From Planctomycetota bacterium (GTDB lineage Bacteria > Planctomycetota > UBA1135 > UBA2386): DNA of 64,000 bases. A program made the translations under genes and the position numbers. The notes beneath the pieces were generated by a model, which searched no databases, had not been told where the DNA came from, and worked only from the letters and a program-made list of their open reading frames with translations. Below, piece by piece: positions 39,761 to 51,440 of the stretch. The stretch is from assembly GCA_947501605.1 (NCBI GenBank), contig CANMWZ010000017.1, positions 27,475 through 91,474 of the forward strand. The letters are read 5' to 3'. Numbering within the stretch: the first letter of the stretch is position 1; every line of letters begins with the position of its first letter.

Positions 39761-41515
39761 TCAGGTCTTCGGCGGGCTCGGAACGGCGGTCGTGTTCACC
39801 GCGGCGCCAAAGCGTTCGCAGGTCGCGATGAGTCGCTCGGCGTCGAGCGGCTTGGTTTCGTAACCATCACAGCCTCCCGTCAGGCACCGTTCGCGGTCCC
39901 CGGCCATCGCATGAGCCGTCAGCGCGACGATCGGGCGTGACCACCCCAACTCGCGCAGCCGCTGCGTCGCCGAGTAGCCGTCCATGACGGGCATCTGCAT
40001 GTCCATCAACACGAGATCGAACGGCCGGCCTTCCGCGATAGAACGCTGCACCTCGTCGATTGCCTTCCGCCCGTCGACCGCCAACGCGACCTCGGCGCCA
40101 GCACGGCGCAGGATGGTCGAGACGAGACGTTGGTTGTCGAGGCCATCCTCGACCAACAGGATTCGGCCGCGCAATCGGTTCTTGAGGGACGATCGCGGAG
40201 TCGCGCGATCGCTGCCTTTGGCGGCCCACGTCGGCAGCCAGGCACCAACCACACGAGTCCCTGCCGGCAACGTCAGAGTGAAGGTGCTGCCAGCCCCTGG
40301 ATTGCTCACCACGAGAACATCTCCGCCCAGGAGGCGGGCGAGTCGACGCGAAATCGACAGGCCGAGACCGGTGCCACCAAACTGCCGCGACGTCGAGGTG
40401 TCCGCCTGCACGAACGGCTCGAACAACGACAATTGTCGGTCCTTCGGGATGCCGATGCCGGTATCGACAACGGCAATCTGGACCACACTGGTGTCACCTG
40501 GCGCAGGCACGCCGACGCGCAGCACGACACGCCCCGCCGCGGTGAACTTGATCGCGTTGCCCACGAGGTTGATCAGGATCTGCCGCACGCGGCGCCCGTC
40601 AGTCTTCAGCTGCGCCGGACATGGCCCCGTCGACTCGATTGCGAGTTCGAGTTTCTTCGCCAGAGCTTGCGGCCGCATCGAGGCAACCACTTCTTCGAGC
40701 AACTGCGGGAGATCGGCAAGCTCAGTGTCTACCAGCAACTGGCCAGCGTCGAGCTTCGACAGGTCGAGCACATCGTTGACCAACTGCAACAGGTGATGGC
40801 TGTTGCGATCCACGATCGCGAGGTGCTCGATGCGATCCTGCTGATTGCACCCGGGATCGCGCATCATCTCCACGAACCCGAGAATCGCGGTCAGTGGCGT
40901 TCGGATCTCGTGGCTCATGTTGGCAAGGAACTGCATGCGCGCCCGCGATGCCTCCTCGGACTGGAACAGAGCCTGCGCCAACTCCTTCGTGCGGACACCG
41001 ACGCGGCGCTCGAGCTCCTTCTCGCGCATGCGTGACCCCATCATGAGTTCGCGCTTGCGGCACAACGCGGTTGCAAGCTGCCGCGCCTCGACAACATCGA
41101 ACGGCTTCTTCAAGAACAACAGCCTGTCGGTCAAGCCAAAGCGGTCGGCAATCGAACTCCAGGGCACGTCCGAGTAGGCGCTGGCGATGACGATCTGCAG
41201 CTCGGGATCGAGCTTCCACAGGCGGTCGACGGTCTCCACGCCATCGATACCGGGCGGCATGCGCATGTCGACGAAGGCCATCAAGAACGGATCCTCCGTC
41301 GCGGCAGCAGCAACGGCCTCGACGGCCGCTTCACCCTGGTCGACCAGCGTGACCTCCGGCGCGAAGACTTGCTCGGTCTGCACTTCGTCGAACAGAGCAG
41401 CGCGCGCTGCGTCCAGCACCACGTCCGTTGGCGGCGCCTCGAGGATGCGTCGATATGCCTCGCGGACCGCCGGATCGTCATCGACGACGAGAATGCGCGG
41501 AACTCGGAGCGTCAT
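39761..41515 (-). CDS. Cytoplasmic hybrid histidine kinase (REC-HisKA-HATPase-REC)
   Basis: ILVVDDD...DMRMPPGIDG; FLANMSHEIRTPL; NLVGNAIKFT; DTGIG; GGTGLGL; C-terminal DMQMPVMDG. Confidence 0.95.
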   Translation of the reverse strand: MTLRVPRILVVDDDPAVREAYRRILEAPPTDVVLDAARAALFDEVQTEQVFAPEVTLVDQGEAAVEAVAAAATEDPFLMAFVDMRMPPGIDGVETVDRLWKLDPELQIVIASAYSDVPWSSIADRFGLTDRLLFLKKPFDVVEARQLATALCRKRELMMGSRMREKELERRVGVRTKELAQALFQSEEASRARMQFLANMSHEIRTPLTAILGFVEMMRDPGCNQQDRIEHLAIVDRNSHHLLQLVNDVLDLSKLDAGQLLVDTELADLPQLLEEVVASMRPQALAKKLELAIESTGPCPAQLKTDGRRVRQILINLVGNAIKFTAAGRVVLRVGVPAPGDTSVVQIAVVDTGIGIPKDRQLSLFEPFVQADTSTSRQFGGTGLGLSISRRLARLLGGDVLVVSNPGAGSTFTLTLPAGTRVVGAWLPTWAAKGSDRATPRSSLKNRLRGRILLVEDGLDNQRLVSTILRRAGAEVALAVDGRKAIDEVQRSIAEGRPFDLVLMDMQMPVMDGYSATQRLRELGWSRPIVALTAHAMAGDRERCLTGGCDGYETKPLDAERLIATCERFGAAVNTTAVPSPPKT

Positions 41516-43437
41516 TGCACCGCTCCAGTTCCAGCCAACACCTGTGCGTTCGGCGCGTGACCAGGAACGACAGCAGGCAGTTCGACGTGGAAGCGAGCGC
41601 CGCGACCCTCGCCGTCGCTCTCGACCCACATGCGCCCCCCCATCTCCGCGACGCTGTTGGCGCAGCCATGCAAGCCAAGGCCTTGGCCCTTGCCCTCACC
41701 CTTGGTCGTGAACCCACCCCGGAAAATGCGAGCCAGGTTCTCCGCGGCGATGCCCACCCCTTGGTCGATGACCGAGAACCGCACCATCCCTTTGCCCGTC
41801 TCGCGCACGTCGATGCGAATGGTGCGCCGATCAGCCGGCACTTCGAATGAGGCATGATGCGCGTTGCGCAACATGTTGATGAGCACGGCGAGCAGCTTGT
41901 GCTTTTCGACCGCCAGCGGTGCGTCGACCTCGATCGCGGGGAGGAACGTGATCCCGTCGTCAGCCTCGCTTGCACTCATGCGCATCGCTTGCGCAACCAG
42001 GGCTTCGGCGCGAACCGTCTCGATCGCACCCCGCGTCGCATCGTGCACGTGTTGTCGGTTGGCGAGGTGCTGGATGTGATCGATGCCCTTGGCGAGATTG
42101 TCGATCTCTTGCTGCGCTGCTTCGCTCTCGGCCCGAAGGCTGCGCGCGAGCGCCCTGAGGAACACCGGCAGCTGCCGCCCCTTCTTGTCGGTCGAGATCC
42201 ACTCGGCGAGATCGTGCTCGTGCGCATCGAGCAGAGAGCAGGCGCGATCGAGATCCGCAACGCACTGGCTGCCCGCGTGGCGCCGCAACAGTCCGAGGCT
42301 CCCCTGCACAGGTTGTAGGGCGTTGCCAACATCGTGCAGCACACTGCGCGCGACCTCGGCCATGCCACCAGCGCGAGCCTGCTGCACATGGTTCGACTGC
42401 AACTCGGCAAGTCGCTCGACCATGCCGTCGAACTCGCGCGCGAGCAGTCCGACCTCGTCGCCACGCGCGATGCCGCTGCGCCTTGTGAGGTCGCCGCTGG
42501 CACGGATGGCCAGCGCGTGCTGAGTGAGCCGCTGCAGCGGGCCGATCACGACGCGCTGGAGGATGCCGGCGAGCACGGCGAACAGCAGGATCACCGCGAC
42601 GACCGCAGCCCATTGCGCAAACTCGAGTGCGCGCTTGCCTTCAGCCAGAATGGAGCGTGAGCCGCGAACTTCGATGAGCAGGTCGTCTTGCGCACCGCGC
42701 AGACCGCGGCAGACCTGTCGCGCAATCGTCCGGTCTTCGGTCACCGCGATTTCGTCAGCGACATGCAGCAACCGCTCGCAAGCAGCTCGCGCGTCGGCAT
42801 CGGCAATCGTCGCGACCGGGAAGACCGACAGATCGAGCCGGGTCTGCCGCAACAGCTTCTCGAGTCGTGCCCGCGACAAGAAGCGGCCCATCATGATCCA
42901 ACCGCGCTGCGGCGCCGTGCGCGCCGAGTTGGTGATCGGTCGTGACGCCACCATCATCGGACCCTGGTCGGTGATGATGATCCCAGCCGTGATGTCGTCC
43001 AGTTCGTTCGGTGCGAGCAACGGATGTGCCAGCGGCCACGTGCCAACCGGCAAGCACGACAGCTCGACCGCCTCGCCATCGATCTCGCAACCGCGCCATG
43101 CTTCGACGCCGTCGAGGCAGACCATCGACATGAAGTCGAAGCTCGTGTCGCGAAACACGCCCTCTTTCAAGTTGGACCGGACGAACTCCTCGTTGCCGTC
43201 CTCGACGAAGCGATAGATGTCGTCCCAGCCAGACCAGTCACTCACCAAGTCGCCGACGAACTGCACTTCGTTGCGCAGCGCCTCGATGCCGCGTTGCAAG
43301 TCGGCGTTCGCCTGATTGCGCTCGAGCTCGAGCAAGCTCGCCAGCAGCTCCCGATCCTGGATCCACCACGCGGTCACCAGCAACGCCGCGGCGACGCCGG
43401 AGAGCAGCAGGAGGATGCGACGACGAAGGTGAGTCAC
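41512..43437 (-). CDS. Membrane sensor histidine kinase (CHASE4-like, HAMP, HATPase)
   Basis: TM; DWSGWDDIYRF (CHASE4-like); TM; HAMP DEVGLLAREFDGM; VLHDVGNAL; NMLRNA; DQGVG; FTTK; GLGL. Confidence 0.9.
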   Translation of the reverse strand: MTHLRRRILLLLSGVAAALLVTAWWIQDRELLASLLELERNQANADLQRGIEALRNEVQFVGDLVSDWSGWDDIYRFVEDGNEEFVRSNLKEGVFRDTSFDFMSMVCLDGVEAWRGCEIDGEAVELSCLPVGTWPLAHPLLAPNELDDITAGIIITDQGPMMVASRPITNSARTAPQRGWIMMGRFLSRARLEKLLRQTRLDLSVFPVATIADADARAACERLLHVADEIAVTEDRTIARQVCRGLRGAQDDLLIEVRGSRSILAEGKRALEFAQWAAVVAVILLFAVLAGILQRVVIGPLQRLTQHALAIRASGDLTRRSGIARGDEVGLLAREFDGMVERLAELQSNHVQQARAGGMAEVARSVLHDVGNALQPVQGSLGLLRRHAGSQCVADLDRACSLLDAHEHDLAEWISTDKKGRQLPVFLRALARSLRAESEAAQQEIDNLAKGIDHIQHLANRQHVHDATRGAIETVRAEALVAQAMRMSASEADDGITFLPAIEVDAPLAVEKHKLLAVLINMLRNAHHASFEVPADRRTIRIDVRETGKGMVRFSVIDQGVGIAAENLARIFRGGFTTKGEGKGQGLGLHGCANSVAEMGGRMWVESDGEGRGARFHVELPAVVPGHAPNAQVLAGTGAVQ

Positions 43438-43618
43438 GGGTATCCCGTGTATCGATAGACGAGATGCTGCCACGTAAGTCCCGTAGCCGCATTCCTAGAG
43501 CACTCGGGCTCGTGCCCCGGAGCTCAGCCAGCGACTTGGGGCCAGGCCCGGTGGACACGACCTCGCGACAGCGATGGCAACGCAGCTTTGTCCGGGCCCG
43601 TCGAAGCGGAGCGGCTGA

Positions 43619-44266
43619 CTACCCCTTGGCGATGAGGATCACCGGCTGCCGCCGCCGATCGAGCCAGGCGAGCACGCGACGGACATCCGCCTCGCTCATG
43701 GCGACGCAACCGGCAGTTGGCTCGTCGCGCCCGCCCCAGACGTGGAGGAAAATGGCACTACCGCGACCTGGAACCGGCAACTCCGTGTTCCACTCGAGGA
43801 CAGCCCCGACCTCATAGGCACCGTCGTCGCGCCGCATCCGCTCCGCGGAGACGCTGGGCTTGCCCTTGACCCAGCGGTTGTACGACGGCGAACTCGGTTC
43901 ATCGACCCAGTAGTCGTCGTCGGTCGCCTGCCGGTAGGCGAGACCGGTCGCGAGTGACTTCTCGTAGCCAAAGGCAAGACCGATGCCGTGCAGGCCGGCC
44001 GGAGTGTGCCCGTCGCCTTCGCGCTTTTGTTCGCCGGGGATGATGCCGGTGCGCCCCAGGGTAGCGGGCATCGCGCTTCCGACCCTGGCCCAAGCCGCAC
44101 CGGCGCGTTCGTAGGCCGTCAAGATCGCCACAAACGGCACGCCGCCCGATGCCCGCACCACGAGTACCTGCGCCGAGCCAAGTGGCACGGTGGCCAGCAA
44201 CGGCTCGGCGGTCGGCGCCGCCGCGCAGCCGGCCAGCGCCGAGAGCAGTAGGGCGGTGCGCAGCAT
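43619..44266 (-). CDS. L,D-transpeptidase-like (YkuD fold) lipoprotein
   Basis: Lipobox LAGC; KREGDGHTPAG; GSAIFLH...PTAGCVA. Confidence 0.85.
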   Translation of the reverse strand: MLRTALLLSALAGCAAAPTAEPLLATVPLGSAQVLVVRASGGVPFVAILTAYERAGAAWARVGSAMPATLGRTGIIPGEQKREGDGHTPAGLHGIGLAFGYEKSLATGLAYRQATDDDYWVDEPSSPSYNRWVKGKPSVSAERMRRDDGAYEVGAVLEWNTELPVPGRGSAIFLHVWGGRDEPTAGCVAMSEADVRRVLAWLDRRRQPVILIAKG

Positions 44267-44456
44267 GGCCGCGGACGATAGACCGTTGCGGTCAGCTGCC
44301 GCCACCAAAGCTCCAACGGACGCCGAAACCGGCTCGCGCCTGCTCTTCTGCCGCCGCACCGCTATCCTTCTCGCCCCCCAGACCCGCCAGCCTCGCCCCC
44401 TGCCGCCGCCAACGTGGCAACCGGACGCGCGCCGACGAAACTCCGCCGCCTACGCC

Positions 44457-46265
<1,809 letters not shown>

Positions 46266-46295
46266 GTCAGTATTCGAGTCTGCACCAGGACAACG

Positions 46296-47978
46296 ATGAC
46301 CGATCCCATCAGCGCAGCACGTACAGCCGTCGAGGAGTCAGCGAATCTCGCGGCCAGAACCGCGGCAAAACCAAAGCAGCGTGCGCCCAAGGCGCCGCCG
46401 CTGGTCGGCCCCGTCCGCTACAACCTCGAGGCATTCGGCGTCGCGATCCTGGGCGCCGTGTTGTTGAAGTGGTTCTGCCTCGAGGCATTCCAGATCCCGA
46501 CGTCGTCGATGCAGCCGACATTGATGGGCAGCAGTGAAGCGGAGATCTACGACCGGCTCATCGTCGACAAGTTCTCTCCGGTCATCCGTGAGCCGCAACG
46601 CTGGGACGTCACCGTCTTTGGCTACCCGCTCCAGCAGAATCAGAACTACGTGAAGCGCCTCGTCGGCCTCGGTGGCGAGAAGCTCTTCATCGGCGGCGGC
46701 AATCTCTACCGCGTGACCGTCGCCGGCAACGAGCGCTCATTCGAGGTGCTGCGCAAGCCCGACCGCATCCAAGAAGGTCTTTGGAAAGAGGTCTATCCGG
46801 CGCGCCAACTACTGCACGAGGGCCAGAAGGTCCTCGGCGGCATGCTCTACGCGACGCCGACGGCGGCGTGGACCGAAGACGCCGAATCCGGAAGCCTCAC
46901 CGTCGCCCTCGAACCTGTCGTTGGCCGCGTCTACAAGCTTCAGTTCAAAGACAACGTCGATGGCGGCTTCGTCGATCGCGTCTGGGATGGCTACGCCACC
47001 GACGTGGCACTCGCGATCCGCGAGAAGGCCGGCATGCGCGAATGCGAGATCGTCCCGGATGCGCGCATCACCGTGTCGGTCGCGCCGGAGCAGATGCTCG
47101 AAGAACTCGCGCTCGAAGTCGAAGTACGTCGCCCGGGCAAGCCCGTCATGACCTATGGGTTGTGGATCCAGAAGGGCACCGCCAAGTTGGTCGCTCAGCG
47201 CGGAGCCGAGCCGCCGATGGAATCGCCAGGCTTCGTGTTCGAGCTGCCCGCCGGCGTCGCAACCGAGGTTGGCTTTGCCCACGTCGACGACGAGCTCATC
47301 GCCTACCGCGACGGAGACATCGCGCGGCGCTTCGACTGCCTCGATATCCACATCCGCGAGGGATGCGAACTGCCGGCAAGCACACCCAGCGCGACCGGGG
47401 ACCACGCCAGTGTTCCACAACTGCGCCTCAAGGGGCAGGGCAAGGTCCGCATCGAGTCCCTCCGCATCGACCGCGACCTGCACTACACCAAGCGGGGCTT
47501 TCCCTACGCCCAGGACCTCATCGAGATCCCGGCCGACCACTACTTCATGATGGGCGACAACACGCTGCAGTCGATCGACTCGCGCGGTTGGACCTCGATC
47601 GAGATCGGTGTGCTGCCCGATAACACTGTGGTGAAGCCCGAGGACGCCAAGACCGTCGAGGGTGGCCGCGTGCTGAGGGGCAACAAGCGCCCCATGCCTT
47701 CCAGCATGCCACCAGATCGCGACGAGACGCCGGTCGTGATTCAGAGCCGCGACGCCTTGGCCATGATCGACGAGTTCGGCGAAGTGCATGCGCTCAAAGC
47801 CCGGGCCAACGTCGGCGAACAGGGCTTCTTGATCGAGCCGGCCGTGGCCCGCGATGGCGAGCGCGCCTGGGCGCCGCCGGAGGATTGGCACGGCTTCGTC
47901 AAGCGCGAGCACGTCCGCGGCCGCGCGCTGCTGATTTTCTGGCGTTGGCCGTTCCCGCGTTTCTCCCCGATCCGCTGA
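46296..47978 (+). CDS. lepB: Signal peptidase I with large internal insertions
   Basis: Box B IPTSSMQPTL, catalytic YVKRL, YFMMGDN..SIDSR, HVRGRALLIFW; follows lepA. Confidence 0.9.
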   Translation: MTDPISAARTAVEESANLAARTAAKPKQRAPKAPPLVGPVRYNLEAFGVAILGAVLLKWFCLEAFQIPTSSMQPTLMGSSEAEIYDRLIVDKFSPVIREPQRWDVTVFGYPLQQNQNYVKRLVGLGGEKLFIGGGNLYRVTVAGNERSFEVLRKPDRIQEGLWKEVYPARQLLHEGQKVLGGMLYATPTAAWTEDAESGSLTVALEPVVGRVYKLQFKDNVDGGFVDRVWDGYATDVALAIREKAGMRECEIVPDARITVSVAPEQMLEELALEVEVRRPGKPVMTYGLWIQKGTAKLVAQRGAEPPMESPGFVFELPAGVATEVGFAHVDDELIAYRDGDIARRFDCLDIHIREGCELPASTPSATGDHASVPQLRLKGQGKVRIESLRIDRDLHYTKRGFPYAQDLIEIPADHYFMMGDNTLQSIDSRGWTSIEIGVLPDNTVVKPEDAKTVEGGRVLRGNKRPMPSSMPPDRDETPVVIQSRDALAMIDEFGEVHALKARANVGEQGFLIEPAVARDGERAWAPPEDWHGFVKREHVRGRALLIFWRWPFPRFSPIR

Positions 47979-47985
47979 GGCTCGT

Positions 47986-48753
47986 GTGACTGCACCGATC
48001 CTGCAAACCGAAGCTCTGGTCAAGGCCTATCGCGGCCGCCGCGTCGTCGACAAGGTCTCGATCCGCGTCGACGAGGGCGAGATCGTCGGCCTACTCGGCC
48101 CCAATGGCGCCGGCAAGACCACGAGCTTTCGCATGGTCGTCGGCATGGTTCAACCCGAGGCCGGCAAGGTCATGCTGCTCGGCAAGGACGTGACCAAGCT
48201 CGCGATGTACCGCCGGGCACGGCTCGGGCTGGGCTATCTGAGCCAGGAGTCGTCGGTGTTTCGGCGCATGACCGTGTTCGACAACGTGGCGTGCGTGCTC
48301 GAAGCCCGCGGCATGAAGCGCAAGCAGCGCGAGCAGCGGGCCCAGGACCTGATCGAGGACCTGCAGCTTGGCCACCTCCTCGACTCGCTCGGCGAGACCC
48401 TGTCGGGCGGCGAGCGCCGCCGACTCGAGATCGCGCGCGCGCTTGCCACCGAACCACGCCTCCTCCTGCTCGACGAACCGTTCGCCGGAGTGGACCCGAT
48501 CACCGTCGAAGAGATCCAACGCATCCTCGCCGCGCTGAGCGAGCGTGGCATTGCCATCCTGATCACGGACCACAGCGTGATCGAGACACTGCGCATCACG
48601 ACTCGCGCCTACATCATCGCCGAGGGCCGAGTGTTCGCCGAAGGCGAGCCCCATGCGATCGTAGCCGACGAACAAGTCCGCCGGATCTACCTCGGCGCCA
48701 ACTTCGGCGAGGGCATCTCGGAAGAGGAAGAACGCGGGCTCGATCTCGACTGA
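47986..48753 (+). CDS. lptB: LPS export ABC transporter ATP-binding protein
   Basis: GLLGPNGAGKTT, MYRRARLGLGYL.QE.SVF, LSGGERRRLEIAR, LDEPFAGVDP, ILITDH, VRRIYLG. Confidence 0.93.
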   Translation: MTAPILQTEALVKAYRGRRVVDKVSIRVDEGEIVGLLGPNGAGKTTSFRMVVGMVQPEAGKVMLLGKDVTKLAMYRRARLGLGYLSQESSVFRRMTVFDNVACVLEARGMKRKQREQRAQDLIEDLQLGHLLDSLGETLSGGERRRLEIARALATEPRLLLLDEPFAGVDPITVEEIQRILAALSERGIAILITDHSVIETLRITTRAYIIAEGRVFAEGEPHAIVADEQVRRIYLGANFGEGISEEEERGLDLD

Positions 48754-48930
48754 CCCGTGAGGCCACGCCGCCGAAGTGGCCTCAGATCTGGCCTCCGCGC
48801 GAACCGCGCCACAGTGGTCGAGGGCTGACAGCGGACTCGCAGCATGCATCGAAGCCTGCGCGCGGAAGATCCAGCGCCGCGGTGCTGGCTATGGACCGGC
48901 ACCAGCCACCGATGCCGGCAGGAAGCACTC

Positions 48931-50022
48931 CTAATAGTTGCGCGGTGGCGCGCTGACGCCGCTCGGGCTACGCGTCAGCACGTGGTCGCGATGCACAGCG
49001 TGCTGCATCGCTTCTTCCGGCGTGATCACGTGACGGGCAAGCAAGCTTCGCAGTGCAGCGTCCACCGTCTGCATGCCGAGCCCACGACAACGGTGCATGA
49101 TCGTCGGCAATTCGCCGAACGCGCCAGCACGGATCGCGACTCTCGTCGCCGCATTGGCGATCAAGACCTCGACCATGGGCACGCGCCCTTGCTGGTGGGC
49201 ACATGGCAGCAAGGTCTGCGCGGTCACCGCACGCAGCGTCGTCGCGAGTCGGGCACAAACCCGTTCGCGCTGCTCTGGCGGCACCAGGGTTGGAAGGTCC
49301 ATGCAGGCGCCCACAACCGAACTGGCATCGAAGCCCGCGAACACAAGGCAGCCGCTCTCGGCCGCATCGAGCACAGCTTCTAGTGTCGCCTGATCCTGGA
49401 TCTCCGAGACGAACACGACCTCGGCACCAAGTCGCATCGCTTGGCGCACGCCGACGGCGCAATCGCGGACATGAGCACCGACCTCGCGCTGATGCAGCAG
49501 CGCCAGACCCTGCGGGTGCAGGTACTCGATCGGCTCTTCGATGGTGACGAGGTGATGAGTCGTTTCCTTGTTGAACCGGTCGATCAAGGCCGCAAGCGTC
49601 GAGCTCTTGCCTGATCCGAACGAACCGGCAATCAGCACCAATCCGCTCTGCAACTGCAAGAACGAGGCAATCTGCTGGGGCAAGCCGAGTTCTTCGAGTT
49701 GAGGAGGCACGTCAGGAATCGGTCGCAACAACATCGCGAGCCCAGCTTCCTGCTGTAGCACCGTCGTACGGAAGCGCTGACCACTGCGCGCGACGTAGAG
49801 CACGTCGACCTGCCCATCACGACGCAAACGCGCTCGATGGTCCTCGAATAGCAGATCGCGCAGCAGTTCGTCGATCGCCTCGGGCTCGACCACCGGGTGC
49901 TCGGACTTCACGAAGCGGCGTTGCACGCGCACGCATGGCGAATGCCCAGGCAGCAAATGCAGGGAGGACGCGCCGGCGCGCGTCATGGCCGCCAGCATCC
50001 GTTCGAGTTCCTTCGTGTCCAT
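48931..50022 (-). CDS. PilT/PilU-family ATPase, divergent (His box lost)
   Basis: ASSLHL, GLVLIAGSFGSGKSSTLAALI, TIEEPIEY, QREVG, VFVSEIQD, GMQT. AAESGCLVFAGFDA replaces the usual AAETGHLVFGTLHT. Confidence 0.85.
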   Translation of the reverse strand: MDTKELERMLAAMTRAGASSLHLLPGHSPCVRVQRRFVKSEHPVVEPEAIDELLRDLLFEDHRARLRRDGQVDVLYVARSGQRFRTTVLQQEAGLAMLLRPIPDVPPQLEELGLPQQIASFLQLQSGLVLIAGSFGSGKSSTLAALIDRFNKETTHHLVTIEEPIEYLHPQGLALLHQREVGAHVRDCAVGVRQAMRLGAEVVFVSEIQDQATLEAVLDAAESGCLVFAGFDASSVVGACMDLPTLVPPEQRERVCARLATTLRAVTAQTLLPCAHQQGRVPMVEVLIANAATRVAIRAGAFGELPTIMHRCRGLGMQTVDAALRSLLARHVITPEEAMQHAVHRDHVLTRSPSGVSAPPRNY

Positions 50023-51329
50023 CAGTCGGTGACTCCCTCGGGGCGCAGACCGCGCAGACGGTCGAGCACCCACGCCTTGTCCTCGGCGCGTGTGTAAGCA
50101 TCTTCGATGCGAATGCGCTTCTCGTGCGCCAGAGCACAGAGACTCTGATCGAGTGCATGCCCGTTCTGACCGCCCTCAGTGCGCATCAGCAGACCGAGGT
50201 TCTCCAGATCGCCGCTTCGGATCACGTCACGAACAGCATCGTCGACGACCATCAACTCCGTCGCCGGCAGCATCCGCTCGCCGCCCTTGCTGGGCACGAG
50301 ATGGCGAACGCACACCGCCCGGAGCACGGTCGCGAGACTATGGCGAATCCGCGGCACGTCGAACGATGGGTAGAAGTTGAGCGCTCGCTCGAGGCAGCCA
50401 GTGGCCGACGTCGCGTCCATCCAGCCCACTACGAGGCGGCCACCTTCGGCCGCGCGCACAGCAAGATCGAAGGCCTCCGGCTCGTCGAGAGAACCGACCA
50501 GAATCGCATCCGAGTCCTCGCGCACCGAGGTGCGCAGTCCCGAGGCGTAGTCGGCAACGTGTTCGCCGACGCGGCGACGAGTCACGAGGGCTCCGCCTTC
50601 GGGCGGCGCCGCGTCGAGCGCGTCGTCGAGCACGATCACGTAACGGCCTGCTTCCTTCGCCATCTCGGCAAGAACGCCAGCCATGAGTTCACTGCGGCCC
50701 TCACCGCGCTCGCCAACGAATAGCACGAGCCCGCGCGTTCCCGTCAACATCGCGCCAGCGGCGGCCGGGACGCCGAGTTCGGTCAACGTCGACGCGACCT
50801 CTGGCCGCAGTTCCGCGATCACCGCGACGCCGTCGGTATGGCGCAGCGCGGTGATCCGGCCACGGCACAGGCCTGGGCGATGAAGGTCATGCACGACGAA
50901 CTGGCGATCCGCGAGTTCTTCGAGCACCTTCGTGCCCATCTCGCGACGCACGAAGTCCCAGACCTCTGGACTGCGGACAACTTCGCTGGTGAGCGGACGC
51001 CAGCTAGCGGCCTCACGGACCATCACTGGTCGACCCTCGCTGATCACGAGTTCGCGAGCGCCCGCGCGAACCGCGATCTCGATCAGCGAGCCCTCGCCGA
51101 GCGTCGCAGCACTCGGCGGCGGTGCCACAGGTCGCTGGACCCGCCTCGATTGCTGCAACTGCAACAGACGATCGAGCATCGCTCGATCGACGTGCCCTTG
51201 CTCGAGCAGGATCTGGCCCACGGTCCGGGTGTTCCCGGTGAGCGCCTGGATCTCGAGGCACTTCTCGAGTTCCGCCTCGCTGATGACCTTGCTCTCCAGC
51301 AGGATCGAACCAAGCCTTGTGTCGTCCAT
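50022..51329 (-). CDS. PilT/PilU-like predicted pseudo-ATPase with N-terminal tandem MshEN-like motifs
   Basis: N-terminal RLGSILLESKVISEAELEKCLEIQ and TVGQILLEQGHVDRAMLDRLLQLQ; Walker A GERGEGRS; Walker B DAILVGSL; His box replaced by GRLVVGWMD. Confidence 0.8.
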   Translation of the reverse strand: MDDTRLGSILLESKVISEAELEKCLEIQALTGNTRTVGQILLEQGHVDRAMLDRLLQLQQSRRVQRPVAPPPSAATLGEGSLIEIAVRAGARELVISEGRPVMVREAASWRPLTSEVVRSPEVWDFVRREMGTKVLEELADRQFVVHDLHRPGLCRGRITALRHTDGVAVIAELRPEVASTLTELGVPAAAGAMLTGTRGLVLFVGERGEGRSELMAGVLAEMAKEAGRYVIVLDDALDAAPPEGGALVTRRRVGEHVADYASGLRTSVREDSDAILVGSLDEPEAFDLAVRAAEGGRLVVGWMDATSATGCLERALNFYPSFDVPRIRHSLATVLRAVCVRHLVPSKGGERMLPATELMVVDDAVRDVIRSGDLENLGLLMRTEGGQNGHALDQSLCALAHEKRIRIEDAYTRAEDKAWVLDRLRGLRPEGVTD

Positions 51330-51440
51330 CGCCCCCGAAGTTTGCTCTTAGACAAAGGAGCATCGACCCGGCGACGAGCGTGGCTTGAGCGGAGGATTCG
51401 CGCGGTCCCGGCGCCGCAGCTTTCGTTTGCTGCCCGAGTC

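Noticed and set aside
48931..51329. Interpreting the PilT-like genes as pseudogenes
   Set aside because: Both frames are full length, uninterrupted and translationally coupled, with the recognisable PilT-like scaffold retained.
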